DNA from: Epiperipatus broadwayi
Taxonomy: Eukaryota > Animalia > Onychophora
Assembly: GCA_028023455.1 (NCBI GenBank)
Contig: JAQFVV010000003.1
Location: 1,674,001-1,738,000 of the forward strand
Reading direction: 5' to 3'
DNA: 64,000 bases
The notes below the pieces were generated by a model. It was given only the letters and a program-made list of their open reading frames with translations, did not search any database and was not told the origin of the DNA. This document shows, piece after piece, positions 14,091 to 26,538 of the stretch (positions are counted from its first letter, which is position 1; each line of letters begins with the position of its first letter). The position numbers and the translations under genes were made by a program.

Positions 14091-14176
<86 letters not shown>
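14091..14176. repeat. (TG)n-(TA)n microsatellite
   Basis: Direct reading. Confidence 0.98.
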
Positions 14177-14180
<4 letters not shown>

Positions 14181-16910
14181 GCAGAGTAGTGCAATTACAC
14201 CTTTCAATGTCTGATCCAGGATAGTGCAGATGTACATGAATCATGAAAAAATACATGATAATAAATAGTATTACTGATGACAAGCTGAAAGTTGTCATTC
14301 TATCATGATTGTCAGAACAAGACATCCTGCAATTAAAAAAAACTATTTGTGTGATCACAATACACTTGCAGAAATCCCACAAGAGGAGTTGTTGAGAAAA
14401 TCAAATTTGTATCTCAAGCCAATAATGTTGAAATACTTAGTGCATCTTCATTTTCATAATGTCATGCAGTCACATAATGAAAATATATGAATGAATTTGC
14501 AATTCAAAGTTTAGCAAAGAAGTGTGAGTGTAGAAATTAAATAGAAGAGATAATACTGGATCAGTTGTTATGGGGCATGAGAGCCATGAAGTTTGGATAA
14601 ATGCTTCTAAGCAATTCTACACTAACATATAATGCTGCCATCGAATGTGAAATAGCACATAAAACCATCTTAGATCACATAATATCATTTGAAAATGTGA
14701 CTGAGAAGCAAACTCAAGTATATGGGTAAATATAGCATAGGCAATACAGATAAATTTGACACAGAGGCTCAATATCTGTTATTGTGGTGAGAAGAAAGGC
14801 CATATTAAAATATGTAAATTCAAAACATACAAGTCATTTAACTATGGTTTGACAGACCATTTGTCAAAAGTTTCAATAAAAGTAACAAATGTCAAAAGCA
14901 GATTCACCAATATATAGTAAGTCAAGGGAAAGTGTAGCAAAGAATGTCATGAACATGAAGATAATAATGAAAAATAAAGATGTGCCAAATCTATTAGAAC
15001 TTAAAATATGTGGTCAAATAACAAAAGTAGAAATAAATAGCAGGCCAGATGTATCACATGTTGTATAAAGATTACATAGCCATTAGCAAAAGAGCCAATA
15101 ATAACTTTACAATTAAAAAAAACTAATTTAGTCATGACTAATATTTATGAAAACAAATTAATATCAGAGTAATGATATTAGTGGCTGTAAAAGTGAATAG
15201 TCACAATAAAAATTTACTGCTATAGGTGATAACAAAAGTTCCGACATTTGGAAATGAGACAGAATATGTCAAAAAAATAAAATCAAAAATAAATGTCCAG
15301 AATAAATTTTTACCACTATATAAATCCAATCTAAAGTAACTAAATAATAAACTTATAGCAGAATTGACACAAATTATGCCAGTTATAAACTTGCAACAAA
15401 TGGGATTAAAGAAAGATGGCCCAAGTAATGACCAAGCTATGTAATATCAATTTGGAATGCTTGAGATAGTTTGTCCATGTATTATAAGGGTATTTTCATG
15501 ACAGACTGAGTATTGGTTCCAATCAATTGGAGGAAATGTGTTTTACTGCTGTTACACCAAGGTCACCCTCAGATTATATGTATAAAGGAACTAGCTCATT
15601 CATATATTTTGTGGTTGAATAGGAACAGTGGCATAGAGAAACTGCATAAAATGTCAAGCCTGTAAACAAAGAACAAGATTACCAGTTAAAGAGTTGCAGC
15701 CTTAGTCAGATGCCACAAGAGAATGTGAAGGGATCATTTAGATTATGCTAGGTCATTTTAGGGATATATATTTCCAATAGCCATAGATGTGTTTTTAATG
15801 AGCAGAATATCATTGTGTAAAAAATATCACCACAAAAATGTGATGAGTTTTAAATAGTAACTGACAATGCATAGAAGAACTTCCTTGCTCCAAAGGAAAA
15901 ATAGCATGTACTAACCCTACTATACCACCCTCAATCAAGTGGAATAGCAGACTCAACATATTAAATGCATGTTAAAGAGGTAAGAGTATGCTGATATCCA
16001 CAGAGGGCTAACTTCAGTAATATTTTACCAGCACATCATGCTACATTCAGTTATGAACAAAACTCCAGCAGAAGTACTTATGGAACATTGAACAAGAATA
16101 CACATGTCTGTATTAATTCCAAAAAAAGTTAAAAAGAAGGATGTAAATTTGTGAAAACATCAAATTTAACTTAGGACAGGTAATCTGGATTAGAGTACTC
16201 TCAAAAAATGGATAGTTGGGAAAATAAGAAGAATACTGTCTACCCACATATGGGAAATAAAATTAGAGAATAATAAAATAGTACCACAGCACATTAATCA
16301 TTTAAAAGAATATATGTTTGAACCAGTAGAAGTTATAAATGATAATATAGATTTGGCTACTATTAATTTTTTTAGAGAAGAATAAAAGAAAGATGGATGT
16401 ATCTACCAACACTGAGATAGATGCAGAAGATAATTCTTCTCTACAAGAGTACCTACAGAGTGAAATGATGATTTACAGATAAAATTAAAGAAGCTACAAC
16501 ATTATTTAGTGTAAAAAAGATTTATTTTTAGAGGGAAGATGGGGTTTTGTATGTACTGACTGGTTTACATGTTAAATAAAAATATATGTGTGTATGTTCA
16601 GAACTGGTCAATATGGGCAAAATTGTTGTCATTCTAGAAATAATGTAATGCAAAATAATATAGAATTATGCAAATTGCAGGTTAATCTTGATATTCTAAT
16701 TTGTTGAATTGCCAATGTTGATAAAAACACTAATTGACAAATAACTTGTTTTTTCATTTGAAATAAAAGATAGTAATAAAGTGTTTATATAAGAGTCCAA
16801 TTCTATACAGAATTGTTTAAGTAAAATTTTAACATACTATATTATGAAGTTCAATCAGCAAGCCACTAATTGAACATAAAAATTCACTATCAATTCATAT
16901 ATATATATAT

Positions 16911-19900
16911 TCTAACAAAAAGAATATTACTAAACGAATAGATTAAATATATAGATTTCCAACGAAATTATATTTACTAAATGAATTGATTTTGCTAAAC
17001 GAATAAGTTTTGGCTAGGGGATTGGTGTTTAATAGGCTTCCATGTTGTAGCCAAATCTAACTAAAAAGATTTTCCTTAACTATAAATTAACGAAAGATGC
17101 ATTTTTTAAGTATCAATTAAATATGCGATGTATAAATTAAATAATTTCTCACGTACAATGTATAGATTTTCTCAAGTACAATGGATAATAAGTATAATGT
17201 ATAATCTCCTTCGTGCGACCGCGTTACAAGCCAATTGTAACTCAATAAAAATCAATTCTAACAAATGAAAAGTTATTCTTTATTTTGCTAACTTTATAAA
17301 AACTTATTAAATTAACGTAAAACGCATTTTGCAATCTCTCGATCGGTCATCCACATTGTATTTCAAACAGAACTAAACGATTGGGAGAGCTTACAAATAT
17401 CACATATATTATTGGATAGTTTGAGCTAATTATAACTTTACTCTAACCAATGAGAATTTTATTCAAATGGTCGCACATCCACGTTATGGATTGATTATAC
17501 AATATTTAAATCTCTATGGCATTTAAACACTTGCAGCTAAATTGCATGCCAATTATAACATTTTAAGGATGGATCGATGGATGCTTCACCATTCCCAGCT
17601 GACACTATTTCTGAAGCCTACTGGGATGATGACGATGGTACAGAACATCTATAATTTTAATTGCTAGGGCGCCAAATTGCAACTCTAATAAAATATAAAG
17701 GTTAAATCTCAATTCAATACTTTTAGTAATAATATTTCATGAATGGGTTAATATATAATCGATTTAGAGAACACTGAGAACGCATTAAAATTGACAATAT
17801 TAATATCTTTAAGAGTTCTAGGTTATTCTCAGCGCATTCCCCATTCACTATGATTAAAGCTACAATTAAATTTTATTCTAATCATAAAGTTCTATATTCA
17901 TCTCCACCTTCCTGATCCACCCCTCCATCAACTTCACATCCATAGGTCTATTACACTATTATTTATAGTATTATTAAATTTATATTTTGCTAGCTTATTT
18001 TTCTCATTATAATCTCTTCTCAGGGTTTTTTTGAATAATTGGGTGTGAAAATCAAATAAGCTGCGATAGATTATTGGTGATAAAAACTCCTCTCTTGATC
18101 GCCTCCAAGGTAATCTCGGTTGTCTTTAATGCAGTTTAATATTTATTTACATTAAAGCTCGAATATTTTAAGCTTATTAAAATCTTTTAGTAATACATTA
18201 TAAACCTATTCACAATTATAACAAAATTATAAAGAAGTGCGTATGGAGAGGGGTTTGAATACAACGGATGGGGAAAGGATTTTATGCCCACCCCACTGCA
18301 CTCGCTATCACTCAATAACTATCTCTATTCACAGTTTATACTTCAATAATATTAAATTCTTTGGTAATTTTAAGTATCTGAAATTAACCTTTTAAATACT
18401 CTTACTGAATATTAGTTACGTACATGATAATTCAAATATTAATAATAATATATTGATGTATGATTGGATTGGAGATATTTAGATAATAATAACCCACAAA
18501 AACATTAAGACATACGCAAATTTTATTTAAAACAAATAACAAATTTTATTTGACAAACCATAATTTAATACAAAAACATATACATTATCTTTACACTTTC
18601 ATTTTATCTTAAATATAGTGAATATCAATTTCTTCCAGTTTTCAATGCTTTCTCTTTTATTACTGATTTGTGTTAGAAATAATTTCTCCCCTAATTAAAT
18701 TTAATAATTTTATTTAACAAATCTAAAATTAATATTCTCTCGCAAATTTCTTGATCTTATCCTATCATCCTGATCAAACATTCTTTTGCCCTAATCTTTA
18801 CAACAGAGATATCTTAAAAATAGTGAGAATAAGTCATTGCAAATAAATCGGCATTTATATCAATCATCATCATAGTGCACACACTCTATGTTCATGTTCT
18901 TATGACACAATAATATTTTAACAATATTACCTTTCCAGTGAAGTTCTCAGCTGGCCATGTAAATATTTATTAAATAAATTTATATACGCATTGCTTATGC
19001 CCAATCATTCGTAAGTTTTATTTAACCCTTAACATTTATTAACTTAACTATTTTTGGCTCAAATGCTAAATCAAATCTATAAAACAATATTCAAATACAC
19101 CAATCACACATACATTATCTGCATTCATTCTGACATTAAATTGAGTTTGCGACCTGGTATCTGATACTTATAATAATGCTTATCATGGCTATCTCTCATA
19201 CACACGTAAGGAATATCAAATATTAATATGAGGCAGGCAATGACACGAATAAGAGAGAACCTTTTCATTAAGGTTGAGATATGCTAGGATTTTTTATCGC
19301 TAGTCATACAAAAACATAGGTATACCAAATACCTCTGGCCATCAAAATAAGAAACCTTCTTACGGTGTAGAGAATACTCAAGTGGGAAAACTCTTCCACT
19401 AGGTTTAAATGCTTTATGAATATAGCATACATATCTTAGTGAGCTAGACTTCACTGGCTTTGTGGAGATCTTTGTCTATCCATGCACATACAGGTCAAAA
19501 CATCAAATTATACAAGTAAAACTTTCACAACTTTAATATTCTTGCAAATTAGTGCACTGGAATATGAGCCCATAAATTTTCCAAGCATAAATCAGCTTGT
19601 TTCTGGCCTTAAATCTATGATAACAATAATAATAAATAATAAGAAATGCGTATAAAATTCTCAAAACGATTTCCATGCACTTTTATAAAAAAATGATGAT
19701 GATGTAACTCAATAGACAAGCAATTTACTTATAAGTGTAAGCATTTGACAATAACTTCTGATGCTAATAATAATATATTTAAGTGTTTTTTTTTAATTGT
19801 TTGTAAAGCATTTTAAATAAGGCATATCAGAATGACATGATATAAATTTCACCTACCACCAAAATAACAATAATAGAAAAAGCATTTAAAAATAAACACA

Positions 19901-20017
19901 TTCAAAATTATTTAATATCAATATCTCTACCCCCAAAATAATACAATGGTAATTATGACATGAATTAATTTTAAAATAGATGATATACATGATATACTAC
20001 AAAGAAAGAAATTCTTT
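16911..20017. mobile_element. Non-coding LTR-like insertion complex in a (TA)n site, CpG-retaining
   Basis: Starts after ATAT with TCTAAC and contains several TG(T/C)AAC ends preceded by GCCAAT, including a minus-strand PBS-like TGGCGCCC at about 17668-17675. Bounded by TA tracts. Right boundary uncertain. Confidence 0.45.
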
Positions 20018-21133
20018 TTATATATATATATATTAAATGTCCTACACACATAAAGAGTGAATTAAAAAAATTATATTTATATAAAGTCCTTTAGCAAGTG
20101 TCCTTCCAAGTTCTTGATTTCCACTTTTCCTTTTTCCATTCCTCCTCCTTAATCGGTTTATAAGAGCATATAAGTCTTTGTAGCAAAAAGTTCTTTTGAT
20201 TGAGTTTGGTTCCTTTGCCATCATATATACAGTTTTTATTTTGCTGAACTGCATTCCTCATTTCCAACTCTATGTAGATTACAGTTAAACTTTTTAATTT
20301 TATGCAGATTTCAGTTAAACAGCCTTTGTTTAACTTTTTCACAATATCAGTCTGTTTTTGATTGTCCTTTTCCAATTTTGAATTCAATTTATATTTTAAA
20401 TTGACTTATATATACATCAAACCTCTGAGTTTTAAATTTTACTATTTGCATATATAGATGATATCAAACTCAAAGTTTAATTTCTGTGATTTAAATTTTT
20501 ATTACCATCTGTTGATCCAGTGATGACCATTAGTTAACTTCCGGAGAAAAATGTGTGTGCCCACCTAAAATTTATTCACCACACATTGTCTTTTCTTAAG
20601 ACAATATTAGATTTAGCCAAGTAATTCTGAAGAGATAAAAATTAACAATAAATGATTTTTAAATTTTATAGCACAGTTTTCTCTAAGTCAATCTACAAAA
20701 CTTGCAACAGAAAAGCTTTAAAAATAAGAGAGTTCCTCCCATCTGCTAATACAGAGTTTTTATAGAGAAATCCATCTGGTCATCTATTCACTTTCTCTTT
20801 TTTAATTAATTGACTTATTCCCCCTTTTGTAGATTAATTTTAACCCTTTTGCTCTTTTAGAAAAACATGCCAAATTCCAATCTGTATTTTACCAGATGAC
20901 TAACAATTAATTTTACAATTCAACAGCTATAATTGCCAATTAATTTTTGACATTTCACAGACTATCATCATTAATGGTCTAAATTAATGGTCCACTTAAA
21001 TGCCTTGGTGAAATTTATATTATTTAAAGACTTGATAATTGACTGAGTAATATAACACCAACCTGCACTAAAAGTAAATAACAAAAAAAGCTTTCTTACT
21101 TTTTCTATTTAAATAATGAAACCAAATATATTT

Positions 21134-21789
21134 TGTAGCCCAGTTTCAAACTCAGACTTTGGATTAAATTTGGCTGCTAATATTAAACTTATTAAAATGA
21201 TTTAATTTCTTATTTAAAGATTGCTTTACAACATGACAAGGAATGATTATTCATTGTGAATTTTACAATTAAGATCCACAATTAGATTATATATACACAC
21301 ATTGCATATATACATCTCTTTAAATTGTCTTATTTAATGCCTTAATCTTTATTTATTACAACTATTATACCTATATTATTATTATTTTTTCATTTACTTT
21401 CATGAACTATTTATTTCTAACTTAGTACAAAATAATGTCTGTTCATTTTCACTCTCTAACACAGTTTTAAAAGTCACACATCTCTTCCCTTTTCTCAGCC
21501 AACCTATCAACAAATGTATAAATTATGCTTTTCTAAATATGTTTTTAATATTAACTTGACCCATAAATAAAACTAAAATAATCTTTTGGATAGAAACATC
21601 TTAATAATAAATTTTTAGATTGCTTGCTAAGTCAAACATATGCAATCCCTTTAAATATGGGTTCAAACTTGATCTTTGATAAAATCTTATTAAAGAAAAA
21701 AAAATACATACATTATGAGGAAAATTTTAGTTGAACCTTATTTTGCATATTTAACTCCAAAACTGGAGTCTTGGACAAATCCAAGGGCT

Positions 21790-21792
<3 letters not shown>
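21134..21792. mobile_element. 659-bp TG...CA element (solo-LTR-like or MITE) with 8-bp terminal inverted repeat
   Basis: Begins TGTAGCCC and ends GGGCTACA directly before (TA)n; no ORF. Confidence 0.55.

Positions 21793-21871
<79 letters not shown>
21793..21871. repeat. (TA)n microsatellite
   Basis: Direct reading. Confidence 0.98.
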
Positions 21872-21875
<4 letters not shown>

Positions 21876-23351
21876 GATTAATAAAGTTATTGTTAAATTA
21901 TTAAAACTTGTGTGTGGTTATTTTCTAAATATAACTGATTGATGTATAGCTGCTAGATTAATGTCTGACCCTGTACATATTTTCATTGTGATAGAAAGTA
22001 AAAGAATTTGATATGAAACATTTTTGATCAGACCAAACACCTTAAAATTATCATAAAAAGCTTTAATGCAAAAATTGATAAATAATTCAAAGATGAAGTG
22101 TTGTGGGTAAATTTGTTTACATTGATAAAATGAGAGAGAACACAGAATTACTGAAAAAGGAAAGATATAAATGCTTTTTTGGGAAAAATGCTAAATGAAT
22201 ATGGACATAGAAGCATCCAAATAAAGTTACAGCAGAATTGGATTTTATGTTTGGCTAACAAAAAATATGTTCTAAATACATTCAATAAATAAAGTATCCA
22301 TAGAGAGATACAAATTATTAAGAAAAATAGTATTAATAACTGTTATTCTTATTCTATGAATTTATATTAGAAGAAAATCTTTTTAAAATATTAATTGACT
22401 TTGAAGATGGTTCATACTTGATTAAAATTAATAAACTATTAAAAACTACAAGAAAGATAGCTACTAGTAAACTTTCTACTGGGACAAAACAATATATTAA
22501 AAAAAAGATGAAATTTTTTCCAAATAATCCATTAAGTAAAAGTAAATATTTAAATATTTTTTCACTGCTACCAAAAAAGAGTATATTGGGAATTGGTAAG
22601 AAAAGCAAGTATAATGCATTGGAAAAAATATTGTTTCAGCAATAAGGATAGAACTAGAAATGGCATAATGAGATGTATAAAATAGTCTTTCCAGTTACAT
22701 CTTCTGAAATATAAAATGTTTTAAATAAAATAGATGAAATCTCCAGGAAAATATGAAATTATTATTAGTATTTTAAAATAAATCAGTAAAAAGATATACA
22801 AAATCTTGGTAGAACTATTTACCAAATGTCTAATGATAAAAATATACTAGATGACTGGAAGAATGCACTAGCAATATTGATATTGAGCTTTTATTAGTTC
22901 TATACGAAATCTTTACCAAAATAATTACAACTGTGTACAATGAACTTTAGTTTATAACCAATTAAAAGAAGAAATTGAAGTTAAATTTAAAAGTAGCTTT
23001 AGCACAGCATACACATTCAAGTATCATGGGGTAATTATAGAAAAGGTAAATAAATATGAGAGCCACTATGTGGTGGATTTGTAGATCATGAAAAAAATTT
23101 GATTCTATAAACATTAACACAATGCTGTAAACATTAAACAAATGTTCAGTAGATATTTCTCAGAAGAAGAAAATGAAGATTGAACTTTAAAATGAAAAAA
23201 CTTAACAGTTATAAATACCTTGAACTGATTATCAATGTATATGAAAACACAATAAATGAAAATTATTCATAGAATTAAACTTGGGTGAATTACTTTTGGT
23301 AGAAAAAACTTAATATTAAAATGAATTAGCTTAAATGTTTGAAAAGTAAGA

Positions 23352-23450
23352 TTTTTTTTTTTCATATGTCATAGCATCGGCCGGGATGCGAACCCACAGC
23401 CGTCTGCAACCAACTACTTGCTTGCAAGGCAGCTGTGATGATCTCCTGGC
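23352..23450 (-). mobile_element. tRNA-Gly-derived SINE copy
   Basis: Reverse complement has GCTGCCTTGCAAGCAAG...GGGTTCGCATCCCGGCCGATGCTATGACATATG plus an A-tail, shared with copies at 24335, 33622 and 49082. Confidence 0.8.
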
Positions 23451-24334
23451 TTTTTACTAGGTTTTACTAATTTTGATTTTTGGATCTGAGACTCAGACAC
23501 TTAACAATAGATTAATACAGAAACTTCAGATCACTCATTGATGAATGGAGAATACAGATACATGTTAAAAATAATAAAGATAAAAAGAAACTACATGGAT
23601 AAGTGAAAAAATAAGTATCACTGACATCATTGAAAGAATTAAGATACTGAAATGGACTTGGACTGTACATATTGTAGAAGAGATAATAATAAATGGGTAG
23701 TAGAAGTTTTAAATTGAGTCCAAGAGATTTTAAAATACTAAGAAAGAAACAATATATCAGTTCAATGGATAAAATAAAGAAGCTTGCTGGTTTGATGTGG
23801 AGACGAAAGACTAGGAATCAGAGACACTGGATCAAACTTGGAGAGATCTTCATCTTGTAATGAAACAATAATAGTTGAAAATAATAATGATGACCAAGAT
23901 ATGTCTTTTTGACATAGCTAATAAGCTCTGATTGGCTCATCAACAAATTAATATTAACATAATCAATAAAGAATAGTTTAAAAAAACAAATTAAAAGTTT
24001 TGTGTACATTTAAAATGATAAAAAGCATGATAATCTCATTAATAATAATAAAAAAAACCTTAAATAGTTTGAACTACTGATCAAATCAGTCATAATTTTC
24101 TTTTAATCAAATTATTACCCAAAACAAAATTTTAATTTAGCTTAATGGCATAAATCTTCACTGAGAGAAGGAAGATAGATATTCATAAAAATTTCAAAGA
24201 TAATCAATGAGAAATGTTAAATTAAAAAACTAAAGCAATTTTCATAGCCCAGAGTGAATCTGATGTGCCAATAAAAGACCTGTGCAAAATATTTTGTGTT
24301 TGTGTTTTCAATCAATGAAGATGGAAAAAATACT

Positions 24335-24427
24335 AGTCAGCGCAGCAGCCTTGCAAGCAAGCAGTTGATTGCAGATGGTTGTTGTGGTTCACTTCCTGGC
24401 CAATGCTATGACATATGTAAAAAAAAA
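24335..24427 (+). mobile_element. tRNA-Gly-derived SINE copy (5'-truncated)
   Basis: GCAGCCTTGCAAGCAAG...GGTTCACTTCCTGGCCAATGCTATGACATATG(A)n. Confidence 0.8.
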
Positions 24428-24733
24428 CTATCCTGATTGAATTACTTATACGAATAAGAAATGTTTTGTTTAATGTTGCAAAGACAGGCTTATTCATGAC
24501 CGAGAAGAATACAACATACAATAAATATATATTTATTTTTAAATTTATATTTGTCTTTCACTATAAATGATAAAAAAATGTGTATTTTATAGTAAAAATA
24601 TTTATTTATTTTGACTTCATATTGTTTTTATGCATCTAACATTATTGTAAACTCAATATAGAAAGTGGATAATTACTGTCATATTACTTTTTACCTTAAA
24701 GTTTATTTAATTTCATTACTTTACTATACATAT

Positions 24734-25670
24734 GTAAATAATATTTATTTATAAAGCGCAGACGGTATTGAAATTAAACTGAGAGACTGCAAACCTCTCA
24801 AGTGCTTCTAACTATCAACAACCAATCAAGATCATAAACACCGAGACAGAGAATTTAACAAGAAAAGGGTGGTTCCACCCTCTTCTTTACTTGTCTTTCT
24901 ATATATCCAAGACAGTCAAATTACAAACATACAGCATAAAATCTTTCAATTTACTATGCAGTAGTTTTTTGATGTTATAACTTGCAGCAATATATGAAAA
25001 TAATATTTATTTTATAAAGCACAGATGGTATTGAAATTAAACTGAGAGACTACAAACCTCTCAAGCGCTTCTAACTATCAACAGTCAATCAGATCATAAA
25101 CACTGAGACAGAGAATTTAACAAGAAAAGGGTGGTTCTACCCTCTTCCTTACTTGTCTTTCTATATATCCAAGCCAGTCTAAAGTACTTAGATCTGAAAG
25201 CATAAATCTTAAATATCTTCACACTCAATTCACATACAGTGTGAAATCTTTCGATTTACTATGCAATAGCTTTTCAATGTTATAACTTGCAGCAATATAT
25301 GTAAATAATATTTATTTTATAAGGTGCAGGCAGTATTGAAATTAAACTGAGAGACTGCACTTTATAAAATAAATATTATTTATATATATTGCTGCAAGTT
25401 ATAACATCGAAAAACTACTGCATAGTAAATCGAAAGATTTCAAGCTGTATGTTTGTAATTTGAACTCAGTGAATTGAGTGTGAAGATATTTAAGATTCAC
25501 ACTTTCAGATCTAAGTACTTTAGACTGGCTTGGATATATAGAAAGAAAAGTAAAGAAGAGGGTGGAACCACCCTTTTCTTGTTAAATTCTCTGTCTCAGT
25601 GTTTACGATCTGATTGGCTGTTGATAGTTAGAAGTGCTTGAGAGGTTTGCAGTCTCTCAGTTTAATTTTG
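24734..25670. mobile_element. Tandem-plus-inverted repeat element (PLE pseudo-LTR-like architecture) with 10-bp TSD
   Basis: Units 24734-24995 and 24996-25300, a partial unit 25301-25360, then an inverted unit 25357-25668. CTATACATAT flanks both sides (24724-24733, 25671-25680). Confidence 0.8.
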
Positions 25671-26386
25671 CTATACATATATAAATTTTGTTTATAAATT
25701 CTATTTTTATATTGGACTTTTAGAAAAAATTAACTTTATTTAAATATTCCAAATACATTCTACTGTTAGTAATAACACATCAAACATGTTAGTATATGCA
25801 CAACATTTCAAGAGATATTTTTCTTTCCACTTCTTCAGGTACTGCTGGTCTGACCTGTGACAGTTACTAGCATGGGATTCGAACCTGAGTCTGTAAATTC
25901 TTGATTATTGAATTTTAAGGTAATCCTCTAACCAACTGGGCCATCCTGCCAAAGGCAACAGTCAGTAAAAATTTCATATACTTATCCATGAGGTTCCTCT
26001 TGATTTCTCCACTTTTTTCTAAGAGCAAAATTAATTAGTGTTTTCCATACATTATGTATAGTCACACTAAGTTGGCTTATGGGATTTTTTGCCATTGTAA
26101 TGTGAGCAGCTTCTTTAAATTTTCTTTTTTGTACCCTTTCTTCTCTATCCAATATTTTGTATTTTCCGAATTGAAACAAAAATATTAGATAGAAAAGAAA
26201 GGGTACAAAGAAGAAAATTTAAACAAGCTGCTCACATGACAATAGCAAAAAATCCCAAAAGCCAACCTAGTGTGACTATACATAATGTATGGAGACCACT
26301 AATTAACTTTGCTCTTAGGAAAAAGTGGAGAAATCAGAAGGAACCTCATAGATAAATATATGAAATTTCTATTGACTGTTGCTTTT

Positions 26387-26478
26387 GACAGGATGGCTCA
26401 GTTGGTTAAAGCATTATTTTAAAATTCAATAATCAAGAATCTAAGAACCCAGGTTCGAATCCCATGCTAGTACTATCA
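26387..26478 (+). ncRNA. tRNA-like module inside the PLE terminal repeat (inverted partner 25858-25950)
   Basis: A box TGGCTCAGTTGGTTAAAGC, B box GGTTCGAATCCC, GACAG...CT(G/A)TCA ends, and an AT-rich segment of about 35 nt replacing the anticodon arm. Not a functional tRNA. Confidence 0.7.
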
Positions 26479-26493
26479 CTGGTGAGGCCAGCA

Positions 26494-26538
26494 ACACTTG
26501 AAGAAGAGGGGAGAATAATACCTCTTGAAATGTTATGC
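26494..26538 (+). ncRNA. Decayed minimal type I hammerhead ribozyme (inverted partner 25798-25843)
   Basis: ACAC-TTGAAGA-A-GAGG...CCTCTT-GAAA-TGTT-ATGC; the partner retains CTGAAGA. Confidence 0.6.

Larger units (their letters stand above)
13488..21977 (+). mobile_element. Decayed Gypsy LTR retrotransposon; 5' LTR about 13488-14020, 3' LTR about 16540-21977 split by an insertion
   Basis: 13495-13900 aligns with 16555-16896, and the rest of the LTR resumes at 21871 matching 13915-14020. PPT AGAGGGAAGA at 16530-16539. Integrase motifs (LHQGHP, HPQSSG, TPAE.L) at 15550-16030. Confidence 0.75.
13180..23890 (+). mobile_element. RTE-type LINE split by nested insertions (5' piece about 13180-13487, 3' piece about 21978-23890)
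   Basis: APE motifs GMGFMINK...ISNRVTKL.I stop at 13487 and resume after 21977. RT motifs follow at 22700-23110, then the RTE C-terminus (KWTW...W.PRD.K...WRRK...LGE.F) at 23650-23860. Confidence 0.75.

Noticed and set aside
20091-20387. 98-aa ORF inside the TA-bounded insertion
   Set aside because: Only vague resemblance to LINE ORF1-type proteins, and no diagnostic motif.
26387-26478. Calling the tRNA-like units or SINE heads real tRNA genes
   Set aside because: No 7-bp acceptor or canonical anticodon arm, variable between copies, and embedded in repeats.
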